Source of the DNA: an uncultured Actinomycetes bacterium
Lineage (GTDB): Bacteria > Actinomycetota > UBA4738 > HRBIN12
Reading direction: 5' to 3'
Assembly (NCBI GenBank): GCA_963704725.1
Contig: OY969934.1
Coordinates: forward strand, 2,912,001-2,976,000
Length of the DNA: 64,000 nucleotides
Shown here: positions 1-14,005 of the stretch, piece after piece
Position numbering within the stretch: the first letter of the stretch is position 1
Layout of the letters: every line of letters starts with the position of its first letter
Notes under the pieces: model-generated
Told to the model about the DNA's origin: nothing
What the model saw: only the letters and a program-made list of their open reading frames with translations
Database searches by the model: none
Translations under genes and position numbers: made by a program

Positions 1-513
1 CTCTTCGTCGTTCCTCGCGGTCGTTCCGACCGTGATGTCCATCCCTCGGACCTTGACCACCTTGTCGTAGTCGATCTCCGGGAAGATCAGCTGCTCGGTC
101 AGCCCGAGCGTGTAGTTGCCGTGCCCGTCGAACGCGTTCGGGTTGAGCCCTCGGAAGTCCCGGATCCGGGGGATCGCCGTCGCGACGAGCCGGTCGATGA
201 ACTCCCACATCCGGTCGCCCCGCAGGGTGACCTTCGCGCCGATCGACATCCCCTCGCGGAGCTTGAACCCGGCGATCGACTTGCGAGCCTTCGTGACCAC
301 CGGCTTCTGCCCGGCGATGATCGCCAGGTCGTCGACGGCGGCCTCCAGCATACGACCGTCCTTCAGCGAGTCGCCCACGCCCATGTTGATGGTGACCTTC
401 TCCAGCCGCGGCACCTGCATCGGGTTGGAGAGCTCGAGCTCGCGCATCAGGCGCGGCACGATCTCCTGCCGGAAACGCGCCTTCAGGCGCGGCGTATAGG
501 CGCGATCGCTCAC
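1..513 (-). CDS. rplE: 50S ribosomal protein L5 (runs off window start)
   Basis: Manual translation from GTG at 513: [11 protein letters not shown]...[16 protein letters not shown]...[14 protein letters not shown]...PRIRDFRGL...[24 protein letters not shown]; GTGA overlap with rplX stop. Not in the ORF track. Confidence 0.97.
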   Translation of the reverse strand, partial: MSDRAYTPRLKARFRQEIVPRLMRELELSNPMQVPRLEKVTINMGVGDSLKDGRMLEAAVDDLAIIAGQKPVVTKARKSIAGFKLREGMSIGAKVTLRGDRMWEFIDRLVATAIPRIRDFRGLNPNAFDGHGNYTLGLTEQLIFPEIDYDKVVKVRGMDITVGTTARNDEE

Positions 514-848
514 AGGTCCTCCCCGCACTTGCGGCACACGCGGACCTTGGTGCCGTCGGGTTCGAGCCGGTGACCCACGCGGGTCGGCTTGCCGCACGAG
601 CGGCAGTTGATCTGCACGTTCGAGATGTCGATGAACAGCTCCGTGTCGATGATGCCGCCCTGCTGGAGCTGGGAGCCGCTCGCCGAACGCTTGCCCGACG
701 TCCGCTGGTGCTTCTTGGCCATGGCGGCGCCCTCGACCAGGATCCGGCCCTCGCGGGGCAGCACCCGGATCACGCGCCCGGTGTGTCCCCGGCTCTTGCC
801 GGCCATCACCGTGACCGTGTCGTCCCTCTTGATGTTCACTCCCGGCAT
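510..848 (-). CDS. rplX: 50S ribosomal protein L24 (CxxC...CxxC form)
   Basis: C-terminal part of ORF 510..1571 from ATG at 848: [21 protein letters not shown]...[20 protein letters not shown]...VCRKCG. Confidence 0.96.
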   Translation of the reverse strand: MPGVNIKRDDTVTVMAGKSRGHTGRVIRVLPREGRILVEGAAMAKKHQRTSGKRSASGSQLQQGGIIDTELFIDISNVQINCRSCGKPTRVGHRLEPDGTKVRVCRKCGEDL

Positions 849-1216
849 CACAGCACCTCCGGGGCGAGCGAGATGATCTTCATGAACCGCTTCTCCCGCA
901 GCTCGCGCGCGACCGGACCGAAGATGCGGGTCCCGCGCGGGTTGCGCTGCTCGTTGATCAGCACCACCGCGTTGTCGTCGAACTTGATGTAGGAGCCGTC
1001 GGGTCGGCGGCGCTCCTTGGCGGTCCGAACCACGACCGCCCGAACCACCTCGCCCTTCTTCACGCCGCCGCCGGGGAGCGCGTCCTTCACGGACCCGACG
1101 ATCACGTCGCCGACCCGCGCGTACCGCTTGTGGCTCCCGCCGAGGACGCGGATGCACAGGACCTCTTTGGCTCCCGTGTTGTCCGCGACCTTGCAGCGCG
1201 TCTCCTGCTGGATCAC
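848..1216 (-). CDS. rplN: 50S ribosomal protein L14
   Basis: [18 protein letters not shown]...[11 protein letters not shown]...[13 protein letters not shown]...ISLAPEVL. Confidence 0.99.
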   Translation of the reverse strand: MIQQETRCKVADNTGAKEVLCIRVLGGSHKRYARVGDVIVGSVKDALPGGGVKKGEVVRAVVVRTAKERRRPDGSYIKFDDNAVVLINEQRNPRGTRIFGPVARELREKRFMKIISLAPEVL

Positions 1217-1225
1217 CGTCTCCCC

Positions 1226-1564
1226 TTACTTCGCCCGCTCGACGATCTCGACGAGGCGCCACCGCTTCGTCTTGGACTGCGGGCGGGTCTCCATCACGCG
1301 CACCATGTCGCCCACGTGCGCCTCGTTGTTCTCGTCGTGCGCGGCGAGCTTGTTCGACCGCGCGACGGTCTTCTTGTAGAGCGGGTGGCGCACCCTGCGG
1401 TCGATGCGGACGAGGACGGTCTTGTCCATCTTGTCGGACACGACCACCCCGGTCCGGACCTTGCGCCGACCCCGCACCGCGGCCGGAGCCGTCTCGGGGG
1501 CCCGCGCCGCCGGGGCGGCGACCGGCTCCTCGATCGGCGTCGTCGGCTCTTCCTGCTCGCTCAC
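1226..1564 (-). CDS. rpsQ: 30S ribosomal protein S17 with ~30-aa Glu/Pro/Ala N-terminal extension
   Basis: [17 protein letters not shown]...HPLYKK...AHDENN...[16 protein letters not shown]. Confidence 0.98.
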   Translation of the reverse strand: MSEQEEPTTPIEEPVAAPAARAPETAPAAVRGRRKVRTGVVVSDKMDKTVLVRIDRRVRHPLYKKTVARSNKLAAHDENNEAHVGDMVRVMETRPQSKTKRWRLVEIVERAK

Positions 1565-2052
1565 GTCTCATCTCCTTCGGGGACCTCGCCCGGGGCCTCC
1601 ATCTCGGCGGGGTCGGCCTCGACGGGTGCCTCGGCCTCAGCGGGTGCCTCGGCCTCAGCGGGTGCCTCGGCCTCAGCGGGTGCCTCGGCCTCGGCGCTCG
1701 CGGCCTCGGCGCTCGCGGCCTCGGCGCTCGCGGCCTGCTCCCTGCGGAGCCGGCGTCGGCGGCCGAAGCCTCGCGCGGGGGCTTCGCTCTCGGCGCCCGA
1801 GCCCTCCTGCACGTCCGCCGGAGCGCCGGCCACCTCGGCCTCCCACGCCTCGGCCTCGCGCTCGAGGTCGCGCTCGCGCAGGATCGTCAGGATCCGGGCG
1901 ACGTCGTGACGGACGTCTCCGATCCGCATCGGGTTGTCGAGCTGGCCCGTCGCGAGCTGGAAGCGCAGGTTGAACAGCTCCTCCTTGGAGGAGTCCAGAC
2001 GCGCCACGAGCTCCTCGTCGCCCAGGTCGCGGAGCTCGCGAACCCTGGTCAC
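1561..2052 (-). CDS. rpmC: 50S ribosomal protein L29 with ~95-aa acidic repeat tail
   Basis: GTG at 2052 overlapping rplP stop; [15 protein letters not shown]...[39 protein letters not shown], then [11 protein letters not shown] repeats. Confidence 0.95.
   Translation of the reverse strand: MTRVRELRDLGDEELVARLDSSKEELFNLRFQLATGQLDNPMRIGDVRHDVARILTILRERDLEREAEAWEAEVAGAPADVQEGSGAESEAPARGFGRRRRLRREQAASAEAASAEAASAEAEAPAEAEAPAEAEAPAEAEAPVEADPAEMEAPGEVPEGDET
1623..1736. repeat. Tandem coding repeats in the L29 tail: 18-bp x4 and 15-bp x3
   Basis: cgggtgcctcggcctcag at 1623/1641/1659 (variant at 1677); ggcctcggcgctcgc at 1687/1702/1717. Confidence 0.92.
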
Positions 2053-2471
2053 GACTCGCCACCTCCCGCCCGGGTGATGAACTTCGACTTGATCGGCAGC
2101 TTGTGCGCCGCGCGCTGCATCGCCTCGCGGGCAAGGACCTCGGGGACGCCTGCCAGCTCGAACATCACCCGGCCGGGCTTGACGACCGCCACCCAGCCCT
2201 CGGGGTTGCCCTTGCCCGATCCCATGCGGGTTTCGGCGGGCTTCTTCGTGTAGGGCTTGTCGGGGAAGATGTTGATCCACACCTTCCCGCCTCGGCGGAT
2301 GTGTCGGGTGATGGCCACACGGGCGGACTCGATCTGGCGGTTGGTGATCCACGCCGCCTCGAGGGCCACCAGGCCGAAGTCGCCGTAATGCACCTCGGTC
2401 CCGCCCTTGGCCCGGCCGCGTCGCCGGCCACGGTGCACCTTGCGGTGCTTGACCTTCTTCGGGGCCAGCAT
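2049..2471 (-). CDS. rplP: 50S ribosomal protein L16
   Basis: [16 protein letters not shown]...[12 protein letters not shown]...[16 protein letters not shown]. Confidence 0.99.
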   Translation of the reverse strand: MLAPKKVKHRKVHRGRRRGRAKGGTEVHYGDFGLVALEAAWITNRQIESARVAITRHIRRGGKVWINIFPDKPYTKKPAETRMGSGKGNPEGWVAVVKPGRVMFELAGVPEVLAREAMQRAAHKLPIKSKFITRAGGGES

Positions 2472-3518
2472 CTACTCCGCCTCCCCCTCGGCGACCGGCG
2501 GTGTGGCCTCCGCGGCGGGGCCCTTCGGCTCCGCATCGACGGCGGCGTCCGTGCTCGGCGCGGCTTCGGGCGTCGATGAGTCGCCGCCGGGTCCCTCCGC
2601 TTCGGCCGTGGCGGTCGTTTCGGACTCGGGCTCCGTCGAGACCGTCGGCTCGGGGGGCGCGACCGGCTCGGGCGGAGCCTCAGCCTCGACGGCTGGGGTC
2701 TCGGGCTCGGCTGGGGTCTCGGGCTCGGCTGGGGCGGGGGTCTCGGGCTCGGCGACCTCGGCGACCTCGGCGGCCTCACGGACGTCGGTGATGAGGGCGC
2801 CGGTGGAGGCGCCGCCGCCGCTCGAGACCTGGGCGATGGCCCGGGCCCGCAGACGCTCGGTCTCCTGCTCGGCCTGCGGGATCTGGTCACCGTGGTAGAC
2901 CCACACCTTCACGCCGATCTGGCCGAACGTGGTCTTGGCCTCCGCCGTGCCGTAGTCGATCTTGGCGCGCAGCGTGTGCAGGGGAACCCGGCCCTCGCGG
3001 TACCACTCGCGCCGCGACATCTCGGTGCCGCCGAGGCGACCGCCGCACTGCACGCGAACGCCGAGCGCGCCCGAGCGCATCGCGGTCTGGACCGCCCGCC
3101 GCATGGCGCGGCGGAAGCTCACGCGGCCGGCGAGCTGCTCGGCCACGCCCTGCGCGAGGAGCGTGGCGTCGGTCTCGGGCCGGGCCTCCGAGGACGCGGA
3201 GTTCATGTCCTCGACCTTCACGTCCACGCGGCGCTTGGTGACGCGCTCGATGTCCTTGCGGATCCGGTCGACCTCCGCGCCCTTGCGCCCGATCACGATG
3301 CCGGGGCGGGCCGTGCGGATGTAGACCCAGATCTGGTCGCCCTTGCGCTCGATGTCGATGCTCGAGATGCCGGCGCGCGAGAGCCGGGAGCGGATGTGCT
3401 TGCGGACCCAGACGTCCTCGTGGAGCTGGGCCGCGTAGTCGCGCCCGGCGTACCAGTTGGACTTCCAGGGGTAGATGACCCCCAGCCGGAACCCGTACGG
3501 ATTGACCTTGTGACCCAC
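2472..3518 (-). CDS. rpsC: 30S ribosomal protein S3 with ~135-aa acidic Pro/Ala/Glu tail
   Basis: GTG at 3518: [13 protein letters not shown]...[14 protein letters not shown]...[15 protein letters not shown]...GVKVWVYHG. Confidence 0.98.
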   Translation of the reverse strand: MGHKVNPYGFRLGVIYPWKSNWYAGRDYAAQLHEDVWVRKHIRSRLSRAGISSIDIERKGDQIWVYIRTARPGIVIGRKGAEVDRIRKDIERVTKRRVDVKVEDMNSASSEARPETDATLLAQGVAEQLAGRVSFRRAMRRAVQTAMRSGALGVRVQCGGRLGGTEMSRREWYREGRVPLHTLRAKIDYGTAEAKTTFGQIGVKVWVYHGDQIPQAEQETERLRARAIAQVSSGGGASTGALITDVREAAEVAEVAEPETPAPAEPETPAEPETPAVEAEAPPEPVAPPEPTVSTEPESETTATAEAEGPGGDSSTPEAAPSTDAAVDAEPKGPAAEATPPVAEGEAE

Positions 3519-3862
3519 TACTCGTCCTCTCCCAACGACCGGACCACCAGCGTGATGTGCGACGTGCGCTTGAAGACCTTGGTCGCGCGCCCGTACGCCC
3601 GCGGCCGCCACCGCTTGAGCGTCGGCCCCTCGTCCACCCAGGCCCGCTCGACGACCAGGTTCTGGGGCGCCACGCCGGGCTGCTGCTCGGCGTTGGCCAC
3701 GGCCGAGTTCAGCGCCTTCTCCACGGTCTTGGCCGCGCCGAGCGGCGAGAACCGCAGGATGCGCCGGGCGTCCTCGACCTGGCGGCCGCGGATCAGATCG
3801 ATCGCGCGGCGCGCCTTCTGTGGCGTCACCCGGACGTACTTGACGGTGGCCTTCGCTTCCAT
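3518..3862 (-). CDS. rplV: 50S ribosomal protein L22
   Basis: [18 protein letters not shown]...SAVANAE...[18 protein letters not shown]...RTSHITLVV. Confidence 0.99.
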   Translation of the reverse strand: MEAKATVKYVRVTPQKARRAIDLIRGRQVEDARRILRFSPLGAAKTVEKALNSAVANAEQQPGVAPQNLVVERAWVDEGPTLKRWRPRAYGRATKVFKRTSHITLVVRSLGEDE

Positions 3863-3880
3863 GTCCCTAGCTTCTCCGAC

Positions 3881-4162
3881 TCATCGTGCCGTGCTCGACC
3901 GCTCGGATCGGGCGTGCGAGCGGAACGTCCGGGTCGGCGCGAACTCGCCCAGCTTGTGCCCGACCATCGACTCCGAGACGTACACGGGGACGTGCTTGCG
4001 CCCGTCGTGCACGGCGATCGTGTGCCCGACCATCTCCGGCGTGATCGTCGAGCGCCGGGACCAGGTCCGGATGACCTTCTTGTCGCCCCGGCGGTTCATC
4101 TCGGCGACCTTGACCATGAGGTGCTCGTCGACGAACGGCCCCTTCTTGATGCTCCTGGGCAT
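3881..4162 (-). CDS. rpsS: 30S ribosomal protein S19
   Basis: [12 protein letters not shown]...TWSRRSTI...HDGRKHVPV...[13 protein letters not shown]. Confidence 0.99.
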   Translation of the reverse strand: MPRSIKKGPFVDEHLMVKVAEMNRRGDKKVIRTWSRRSTITPEMVGHTIAVHDGRKHVPVYVSESMVGHKLGEFAPTRTFRSHARSERSSTAR

Positions 4163-4165
4163 CTG

Positions 4166-4996
4166 CTAGCCACGCCCCTTCCCGCGGCGTCGAACGATGA
4201 GCTTGTTCGACGCCTTGTTCTTGTCCCGCGTCCGTCCCTCCTTCTTGCCCCACGGGCTCGTGGGGTGGCGGCCGCCGGAGCTCTTGCCCTCGCCGCCGCC
4301 CAGGGGGTGGTCGACCGGGTTCATGGCCACGCCGCGGACCGAGGGGCGCTTGCGCTTCCACCGGTTGCGGCCCGCCTTGCCGAGCTGGATCAGCTCGTGC
4401 TCCGCGTTGCCGACCTCGCCCACCGTGGCCTTGCAGGCCGCGAGCACCATCCGCATCTCGCCGGAGGGCAGTCGCAGGGTGGCGTAGGCGCCCTCCTTGG
4501 CCATCACCTGGATGCTCGCGCCGGCCGAGCGCGCCATGCGGGCCCCCGCCCCCGGCTTCAGCTCCACGGCGTGCACCGTGGTGCCGACCGGGATGTTGCG
4601 CAGCGGCAGGGCGTTGCCCGGCCGGATGTCGGCGCCGTCGCCCGACAGCAGCCGGTCACCCGTCGCCAGCCCCGTCGGCGCGAGGATGTAGCGCTTCTCG
4701 CCGTCCGCGTAGTGCAGCAGGGCGATCCGGGCGGTCCGGTTGGGGTCGTACTCGATGTGCGCGACCCTGGCCGGGACCCCGTCCTTGTTCCGCTTGAAGT
4801 CGATGATGCGGTACCGCCGCTTGTTGCCTCCGCCCTGGTGGCGCATCGTGATCCGCCCGCCCGAGTTCCGGCCGGCGCGATTGCGGCCCTTGTCGAGCAG
4901 CGACTTCTCGGGCGTGGCCCGCGTGATCTCCTCGAACGAGGAGACGCTGGCGCCGCGTCGGCCCGGCGTCGTCGGCTTGTACTTTCGAACGGCCAT
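4166..4996 (-). CDS. rplB: 50S ribosomal protein L2
   Basis: YKPTTPGRR...[13 protein letters not shown]...[19 protein letters not shown]. Confidence 0.99.
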   Translation of the reverse strand: MAVRKYKPTTPGRRGASVSSFEEITRATPEKSLLDKGRNRAGRNSGGRITMRHQGGGNKRRYRIIDFKRNKDGVPARVAHIEYDPNRTARIALLHYADGEKRYILAPTGLATGDRLLSGDGADIRPGNALPLRNIPVGTTVHAVELKPGAGARMARSAGASIQVMAKEGAYATLRLPSGEMRMVLAACKATVGEVGNAEHELIQLGKAGRNRWKRKRPSVRGVAMNPVDHPLGGGEGKSSGGRHPTSPWGKKEGRTRDKNKASNKLIVRRRGKGRG

Positions 4997-5000
4997 CTCG

Positions 5001-5291
5001 CTACTTCCCGGTCTCGAAGATCTCGATGCTGTCGCCCTCGGCGAGGGTGACGACGGCGCGCTTCTCGTCGGGGCGCTTGCCCATCGTGAAGCGTCGGCGC
5101 TTCACCTTCCCCTTGCGGTTCAGGGTGCGCACGGCGACCACGCGGACGTTCCAGATCGCCTGGACCGCCTCCTTGATCTCCGTCTTGTTCGACCGCTTGT
5201 CGACGAGGAACGTGTACGTGTTCCGGTCCAGCCCGGCGTAGGACTTCTCGCTCACCACCGGGCGGTAGATGACGTCGCGGGGCCCCTTCAT
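5001..5291 (-). CDS. rplW: 50S ribosomal protein L23
   Basis: RPVVSEKS...[18 protein letters not shown]...KGKVKR...KRAVVTL. Confidence 0.98.
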   Translation of the reverse strand: MKGPRDVIYRPVVSEKSYAGLDRNTYTFLVDKRSNKTEIKEAVQAIWNVRVVAVRTLNRKGKVKRRRFTMGKRPDEKRAVVTLAEGDSIEIFETGK

Positions 5292-5968
5292 GCGTCCTCA
5301 CCAGCTTCCTCGTCGGCCGGGGCCGCCGAGACCACGGCCGGCTCGCGCCCTTCGACGACGTCGAGCGCCCCCTGCGTGAGGACGACCCGGTCCGCGGCCA
5401 CGACCTCGTACACGCCGAGGCTCTTGGCGTAGGCGATCCGTACGCCGGCGATGTTCCGGAACGACTTCTCGACGGCGCCCGTCTCGCTCGGCGAGGGCAG
5501 CACGAGCAGGATCCGGCCGTCGAGCTCGAGGGCCGTGATCACGTCCACGGCGGTCTTGGTCTTGGGCACCGTGATCGAGAGGTCGTCGAGCACGACCAGC
5601 TTGCCGCTCACGAGCGCGTCGGTCAGCGCCGAGCGCAGAGCGCCCCGCTTCATCTTCTTGTTGACGCGCATGTCGTGGTCCCGAGGCCTCGGGCCGTGGA
5701 CCACGCCGCCGCCGGCCCACTGGGGGGAACGGTTCGAGCCCTGCCGGGCCCGGCCGGTCCCCTTCTGGCGCCACGGCTTCTTGCCGCCGCCGGAGACCTC
5801 GCCCCGCGTCTTCGTGCTGTGCGTGCCCCGGCGAAGGGCCGCCATCCCCGCCAGGACCACCTGGTGCATCAGCGGGACGCTGACCTTGGCCTCGAACACC
5901 TCCGGGGACAGGTCGCGCGAGGCCACCTTCTTGCCGCTCACCGAGGACAGGACGTCGACCGTCGGCAT
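5288..5968 (-). CDS. rplD: 50S ribosomal protein L4
   Basis: ATG at 5968; [33 protein letters not shown]...[11 protein letters not shown]. Confidence 0.98.
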   Translation of the reverse strand: MPTVDVLSSVSGKKVASRDLSPEVFEAKVSVPLMHQVVLAGMAALRRGTHSTKTRGEVSGGGKKPWRQKGTGRARQGSNRSPQWAGGGVVHGPRPRDHDMRVNKKMKRGALRSALTDALVSGKLVVLDDLSITVPKTKTAVDVITALELDGRILLVLPSPSETGAVEKSFRNIAGVRIAYAKSLGVYEVVAADRVVLTQGALDVVEGREPAVVSAAPADEEAGEDA

Positions 5969-6624
5969 CAGCGACCCCCCTTGTCGGCGGGGGACTTCAC
6001 GGCGGAGCGCACCATGACGAGCGCGCCGTTCGGACCGGGGACGGCCCCCCGCACCAGCAGGAGGTTGCGCTCGGCGTCCGCGCGGACCACCTCGAGGTTC
6101 AGGACGGTCACGCGCTCGTTCCCCATCTGCCCGGCCATGCGCATGCCTTTGAACACTCGCGAAGGCGTGGCGCACGCGCCGATCGCCCCCGGGGAGCGGT
6201 GCTTGCGCTCGGTGCCGTGGCTGCTGGACAGGCCGCTGAACCCGTGGCGCTTCATCACGCCGGCGAACCCCTTGCCCTTGGAGACCCCGACCACGTCGGC
6301 GAGCTCGCCGGCGGCGAACAGGTCGGCCCGGAGCTCCTGGCCCGGGGTGTAGGAGTCCGCGTCGTCGGTCCGGATCTCGACCACGTACCGCCCCGGCTCG
6401 ACGCCGGCCTTGTCGAAGTGCCCCTTGCTCGGCTTGTTCACGGAGGCCGGGCGGACCTGGCCGAACGCGAGCTGGACGGCACGGTACCCGTCCGTCTTCT
6501 CGGTCTTGACCTGCGCGACGACGCACGGCCCCGCCTGGATGACGGTGACCGGCACGGCGCGCGTGTCGTCGAAGATCTGGGTCATGCCCAGCTTCGTCCC
6601 GAGGATCCCCTTGACCTGTCCCAT
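5968..6624 (-). CDS. rplC: 50S ribosomal protein L3
   Basis: [13 protein letters not shown]...[15 protein letters not shown]...SHG...HRSPGAIG...[13 protein letters not shown]. Confidence 0.99.
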   Translation of the reverse strand: MGQVKGILGTKLGMTQIFDDTRAVPVTVIQAGPCVVAQVKTEKTDGYRAVQLAFGQVRPASVNKPSKGHFDKAGVEPGRYVVEIRTDDADSYTPGQELRADLFAAGELADVVGVSKGKGFAGVMKRHGFSGLSSSHGTERKHRSPGAIGACATPSRVFKGMRMAGQMGNERVTVLNLEVVRADAERNLLLVRGAVPGPNGALVMVRSAVKSPADKGGR

Positions 6625-6641
6625 CCCGTCCTCGCGCGCTC

Positions 6642-6950
6642 CTACAGCTTGATCTCGATGTCGACGCCGGCCGACAGGTTCAGGCGCTGGAGCTCCTGGA
6701 CCGTCTTCGACGTGGCGTCGACGATGTCGATGAGCCGCTTGTGCGTGAGCATCTGGAAGTGCTCGCGGCTGTCCTTGTACTTGTGCGGCGAGCGGATCAC
6801 CGTGTACACGGACCGCTCGGTGGGCAGCGGCACCGGCCCGACGACCTTGGCGCCGGTGCGCGTCACGTGCTCGACGATCTCGCGCGCCGCGACGTCCAGC
6901 ATCCGGTGGTCGTAGGCCCGGAGCTTGATTCGGATCCTCGGTCCGGCCAC
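6642..6950 (-). CDS. rpsJ: 30S ribosomal protein S10
   Basis: [10 protein letters not shown]...GPVPLPT...[13 protein letters not shown]...HKRLIDI. Confidence 0.99.
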   Translation of the reverse strand: MAGPRIRIKLRAYDHRMLDVAAREIVEHVTRTGAKVVGPVPLPTERSVYTVIRSPHKYKDSREHFQMLTHKRLIDIVDATSKTVQELQRLNLSAGVDIEIKL

Positions 6951-6977
6951 TGCCTTCCTTCTCTCTGTTCGCTCTCG

Positions 6978-8162
<1,185 letters not shown>

Positions 8163-8182
8163 CTCTCCTCGTCTCCTCTGGC

Positions 8183-10345
<2,163 letters not shown>

Positions 10346-10406
10346 CAACGGACCCCCTCGTGGATCGCCGGGCCCCGTCGGAGCCCGGCCACGGTGTGCT
10401 CGTCGA

Positions 10407-10877
10407 TCACCATCGGTAGTGCGCGAACGCCCGGTTCGCCTCCGCCATCTTGTGCATGTCCTCGCGGCGCTTGACCGAGACGCCCTGGCCGTTGGCGGCG
10501 TCCATGATCTCGCTCACCAGCCGCTCGGCCATCGAGTGCTCCTTGCGGGACCGCGAGTTGTTCACCAGCCACCGCAGCGCGAGCGTCGTCCCCCGGGGCG
10601 GCCGGACCTCCACCGGGACCTGGTAGTTGGCGCCACCCACCCGGCGCGAGCGGACCTCGAGCAGGGGCCGGACGTTCTCCACGGCCTTCTTCAGCGTGAT
10701 GACCGGGTCGTTCGCGGTCCGCTCGCTGATCACCTCGAGGGCCTTGTAGACCGTGCGCTCGGCGAGCGTCTTCTTGCCGTCCAGGAGCACCTTGTTGATG
10801 AGCTGGGTGACCAGGACGTTCTGGTAGACCGGATCCGGCTGGATGTCTCGATGCGCGGCGGGACCCTTGCGCGGCAT
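10407..10877 (-). CDS. rpsG: 30S ribosomal protein S7
   Basis: MPRKGPA...[15 protein letters not shown]...[15 protein letters not shown]. Confidence 0.99.
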   Translation of the reverse strand: MPRKGPAAHRDIQPDPVYQNVLVTQLINKVLLDGKKTLAERTVYKALEVISERTANDPVITLKKAVENVRPLLEVRSRRVGGANYQVPVEVRPPRGTTLALRWLVNNSRSRKEHSMAERLVSEIMDAANGQGVSVKRREDMHKMAEANRAFAHYRW

Positions 10878-10879
10878 GC

Positions 10880-11254
10880 TCAGTCGCCGCCCTTCTTGGC
10901 CCCGTAGCGGGAGCGGGCCTTCTTGCGGTCCTTGACCCCCGCCGTGTCCAGCGTGCCCCGGATGATCTTGTAGCGGACCCCCGGGAGGTCGCGGACCCGG
11001 CCGGCCCGTACGAGCACGATCGAGTGCTCCTGCAGGTTGTGGCCGACGCCCGGGATGTAGGCCGTGACCTCGATCTGGGACGTCAGGCGGACCCGGGCGA
11101 CCTTGCGAAGCGCCGAGTTGGGCTTCTTGGGGGTGGTGGTGTACACGCGCGTGCAGACGCCCCGCCGTTGCGGGGAGCCCTTCAGGGCCGGGGCCTTCGT
11201 CTTTTCCTTCGGCCGCTTCCGGCCGTTCCGGACGAGTTGCTGGATCGTGGGCAT
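10880..11254 (-). CDS. rpsL: 30S ribosomal protein S12 (Arg at position 88)
   Basis: MPTIQQLVR...[12 protein letters not shown]...HNLQEHS...[13 protein letters not shown]. Confidence 0.99.
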   Translation of the reverse strand: MPTIQQLVRNGRKRPKEKTKAPALKGSPQRRGVCTRVYTTTPKKPNSALRKVARVRLTSQIEVTAYIPGVGHNLQEHSIVLVRAGRVRDLPGVRYKIIRGTLDTAGVKDRKKARSRYGAKKGGD

Positions 11255-11436
11255 GGCGCCTCTCGTCTGCACTCTCGTTTGTCAACCGAACCGGTGGCCC
11301 GAACGTCGATGAAGCCGGACCGCGGGCCCGGCTTCCAGGGTGGTGGTGCTGCTCTGGGCGCAGAATCTGCCTGGAGCGTCCCTCCTGGAAGCGTGCTGAA
11401 TGCCGGACCCGCCCGCCGAGCCCGACGCGAGCAATG

Positions 11437-11466
11437 AGGCTACTAGGCACGGAGCGCGTGCGTCAA
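11437..11466 (-). promoter_or_regulatory. Putative housekeeping-sigma promoter of the str operon
   Basis: TTGACG-N18-TAGCCT about 180 nt upstream of rpsL. Confidence 0.65.
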
Positions 11467-11940
11467 CGAGCCGACCCGAGAAGGCCGAACGCTCGTTCGG
11501 CTCGGGCCGTCCTAGGCCCCTCCTGCCTGCGTGAGGTGCGCCTCCCGCCTAGCGGACAAGCCGCTTCACGCGCCAGGGCTCGGCCGTATCGGCCTTCGCG
11601 TCCCTCCTCGTTGCCCTCTGGCGTCGCCGGCCGGGCCTAGCCTTCCTGCCAGCGACGCCATCGATCCTGCTCTCGATAGGTCGTGGTGGGACCCCTCGTC
11701 GCGGTGACTCCGGGCCATCTTCTGCCTGGTCGACGTGCCTCAAGTCATCGCCGATGTGATTGGGCGAGGGCCGCATAGTTGGCCTCGGCCTGCCCTCTTG
11801 GCGGATGCTTCGGGGGGCGATGGCCTTCGAGCCGGGCGGAGGGCCCGGAAGCCGGCAAAGTCTCGGGGTCGGCCTCGCGCCCACGGCCCGCTGCTACGAT
11901 CGGGTTCCCCCACGACCGATCCGGCGAAGGAGGCCACGCG

Positions 11941-12972
11941 ATGAAGCGAGCCCTCGTCACTGGGATCACGGGGCAAGACGGTTCATACCTCGCGGAGCTC
12001 CTGCTCCAGCAGGGGTACGAGGTCCACGGCATGATCCGCCGCTCCTCCTCCTTCAACACCGGGCGCATCGAGCACCTGTACCAGGACCCGCACGAGGAGA
12101 GCGTTCGGCTCTTCCTGCATTACGGCGACCTGGTTGACGGGTCGCAGCTGGCGCGGTTGATCCGGTCTATTCGCCCCGACGAGATCTACAACCTCGGGGC
12201 GCAGAGCCACGTCTTAGTCTCGTTCGAACAGCCGGAGTACACGGGCGACGTGGCGGGCCTCGGTATCACGAGATTGCTCGAGGCGATCCGCGAGAGTGGC
12301 GTGCCCACGCGCCTCTACCAGGCATCGTCGTCGGAGATGTTCGGGAACGCCCCCCCGCCTCAGTCCGAGACGACCCGATTCGAGCCGCGCTCCCCCTACG
12401 CGGTGGCGAAGCTCTACGCCTACTGGTTGACACGGACCTACCGGGACGCCTACGGGATGTTCGCCGTATCGGGCATCCTGTTCAACCACGAAGGTGAGCG
12501 CCGGGGCGAGACATTCGTGAGTCGCAAGATTACGGCGGCTGTTGCACGGATCGTGGCCGGCGCACAGACTCGTCTGTACCTCGGGAACCTGGACGCCGTC
12601 CGCGACTGGGGCCACGCTCGCGACTACGTGCAGGCGATGTACCTGATGCTCCAGCAGGACGCTCCAAGGGACTACGTGATCGGCACGGGCGAGGGGCACA
12701 CCGTCCGAGAGTTCTGCGAACTGGCCTTCGGCCATGTTGGGCTCGAGTGGGCGCCGTTCGTGATGTTCGACCCCCGGTATGTGAGGCCGAACGAAGTGGA
12801 TGAGCTTGTCGCGGACCCATCGAGGGCGCGCGCCGAACTCGGCTGGACACCGACGGTGAGCTTCGACCGGCTGGTGACGTCGATGGTCGAGGCCGACCTC
12901 GCGAAAGCGGGACTCACCCTTGAGGCAGCGCGGGAGCGCGTCGCCGGAGGGCAGGTGCGCGCCCCTGTTTGA
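11941..12972 (+). CDS. gmd: GDP-mannose 4,6-dehydratase
   Basis: [19 protein letters not shown]...YNLGAQSHV...QASSSE...PRSPYAVAK...LFNHE...RDWG; GGAGG RBS before ATG 11941. Confidence 0.96.
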   Translation: MKRALVTGITGQDGSYLAELLLQQGYEVHGMIRRSSSFNTGRIEHLYQDPHEESVRLFLHYGDLVDGSQLARLIRSIRPDEIYNLGAQSHVLVSFEQPEYTGDVAGLGITRLLEAIRESGVPTRLYQASSSEMFGNAPPPQSETTRFEPRSPYAVAKLYAYWLTRTYRDAYGMFAVSGILFNHEGERRGETFVSRKITAAVARIVAGAQTRLYLGNLDAVRDWGHARDYVQAMYLMLQQDAPRDYVIGTGEGHTVREFCELAFGHVGLEWAPFVMFDPRYVRPNEVDELVADPSRARAELGWTPTVSFDRLVTSMVEADLAKAGLTLEAARERVAGGQVRAPV

Positions 12973-12973
12973 C

Positions 12974-13900
12974 TTGACGGGCAAGCGAGTGTGGGTCGCT
13001 GGCCACAGAGGTTTGGTGGGTTCCGCCTTGCTTCGCAGGCTGGAACGCGAACCGGTAGCGGAAGTTGTGACAGTACCTTCAAGTGAGGTCGATCTCCGTC
13101 GCCAAGACCAAACCGAGCGTTTCGTCTCTAGCACCCAGCCAACGGTTCTCTTCTTGGCGGCCGCGAAGGTGGGCGGGATCCAAGCGAATCGCATGGCGCA
13201 GGGTGACTTCCTCTACGAGAACCTGATGATCGGGGCCAACGTGCTCGAGGCTGCGCGGCGAGCCGGCGTCGAGAAGACGGTCGTGTTTGGCTCGTCGTGC
13301 ATCTATCCGCGGGAGGCGCCGCAACCGATCCCGGAGGAGGCGCTCCTCACGGGTCTCCTGGAGCCCACCAACGAGGGGTACGCAATCGCGAAGATCGCCA
13401 CGCTCGAGCTCGGCAAGATGTACCGACGGCAGTACGGGATGGATGTCATCTCGCTCATGCCGACGAACCTGTACGGGCCCGAAGACAACTTCGATCCCTT
13501 CACAAGCCACGTGTTGGCTGGTCTCCTGCGCAGGATCCACGAGGCGAAGGTGTCGGGGGCCCGCTCAGTCGAGGTCTGGGGCTCCGGGGAACCGCGGCGC
13601 GAGTTCCTTCACATCGACGACCTTGCCGATGCGGCCGTGTTCGCGCTCCGGAACCACGACGGAGAGGCGCACCTCAACGTCGGGACCGGCAAGGACATCT
13701 CCGTCCGCGCGCTCGCCGAGCTCATCGCGGACGTCGTCGGCTGGGATGGCGCCTTCGTGTTCAACACCGACATGCCCGATGGGATGCAGCGGAAGCTCCT
13801 GGACGTGTCCCGTCTCGCTTCCCTCGGCTGGCAGGCTCGGATCGCCCTGCGCGATGGGCTGCTGGAGACCTACCGTTGGTACACGGCATCCTCGGGATGA
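12974..13900 (+). CDS. fcl: GDP-L-fucose synthase (epimerase/reductase)
   Basis: AGHRGLVGSA, LAAAKVGGI, GSSCIYP, LEPTNEGYAIAK, PTNLYG, SHV, WGSGEPRREF; start uncertain (TTG 12974 right after gmd stop, or TTG 12920). Confidence 0.93.
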   Translation: MTGKRVWVAGHRGLVGSALLRRLEREPVAEVVTVPSSEVDLRRQDQTERFVSSTQPTVLFLAAAKVGGIQANRMAQGDFLYENLMIGANVLEAARRAGVEKTVVFGSSCIYPREAPQPIPEEALLTGLLEPTNEGYAIAKIATLELGKMYRRQYGMDVISLMPTNLYGPEDNFDPFTSHVLAGLLRRIHEAKVSGARSVEVWGSGEPRREFLHIDDLADAAVFALRNHDGEAHLNVGTGKDISVRALAELIADVVGWDGAFVFNTDMPDGMQRKLLDVSRLASLGWQARIALRDGLLETYRWYTASSG

Positions 13901-14005
13901 AGGTTGCGCCCCACGAACGTCGACGATCCGTCACACGCGAGGGTGGCCCACTCTCTGCTCGGCCGCTTCCCGTCCTCGCCACGAGAGCCGTGAAATGAGC
14001 AGCAC

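Noticed and set aside
11470-11900. Short ORFs or ncRNA between rpsL and gmd
   Set aside because: No recognisable motif in any frame; only one isolated hairpin; may be decayed DNA but cannot be supported.
12946-12976. Frameshift or gmd-fcl fusion suggested by GGAGG-N4-GTG in the gmd frame
   Set aside because: An in-frame TTG one base after the gmd stop explains fcl initiation by coupling.
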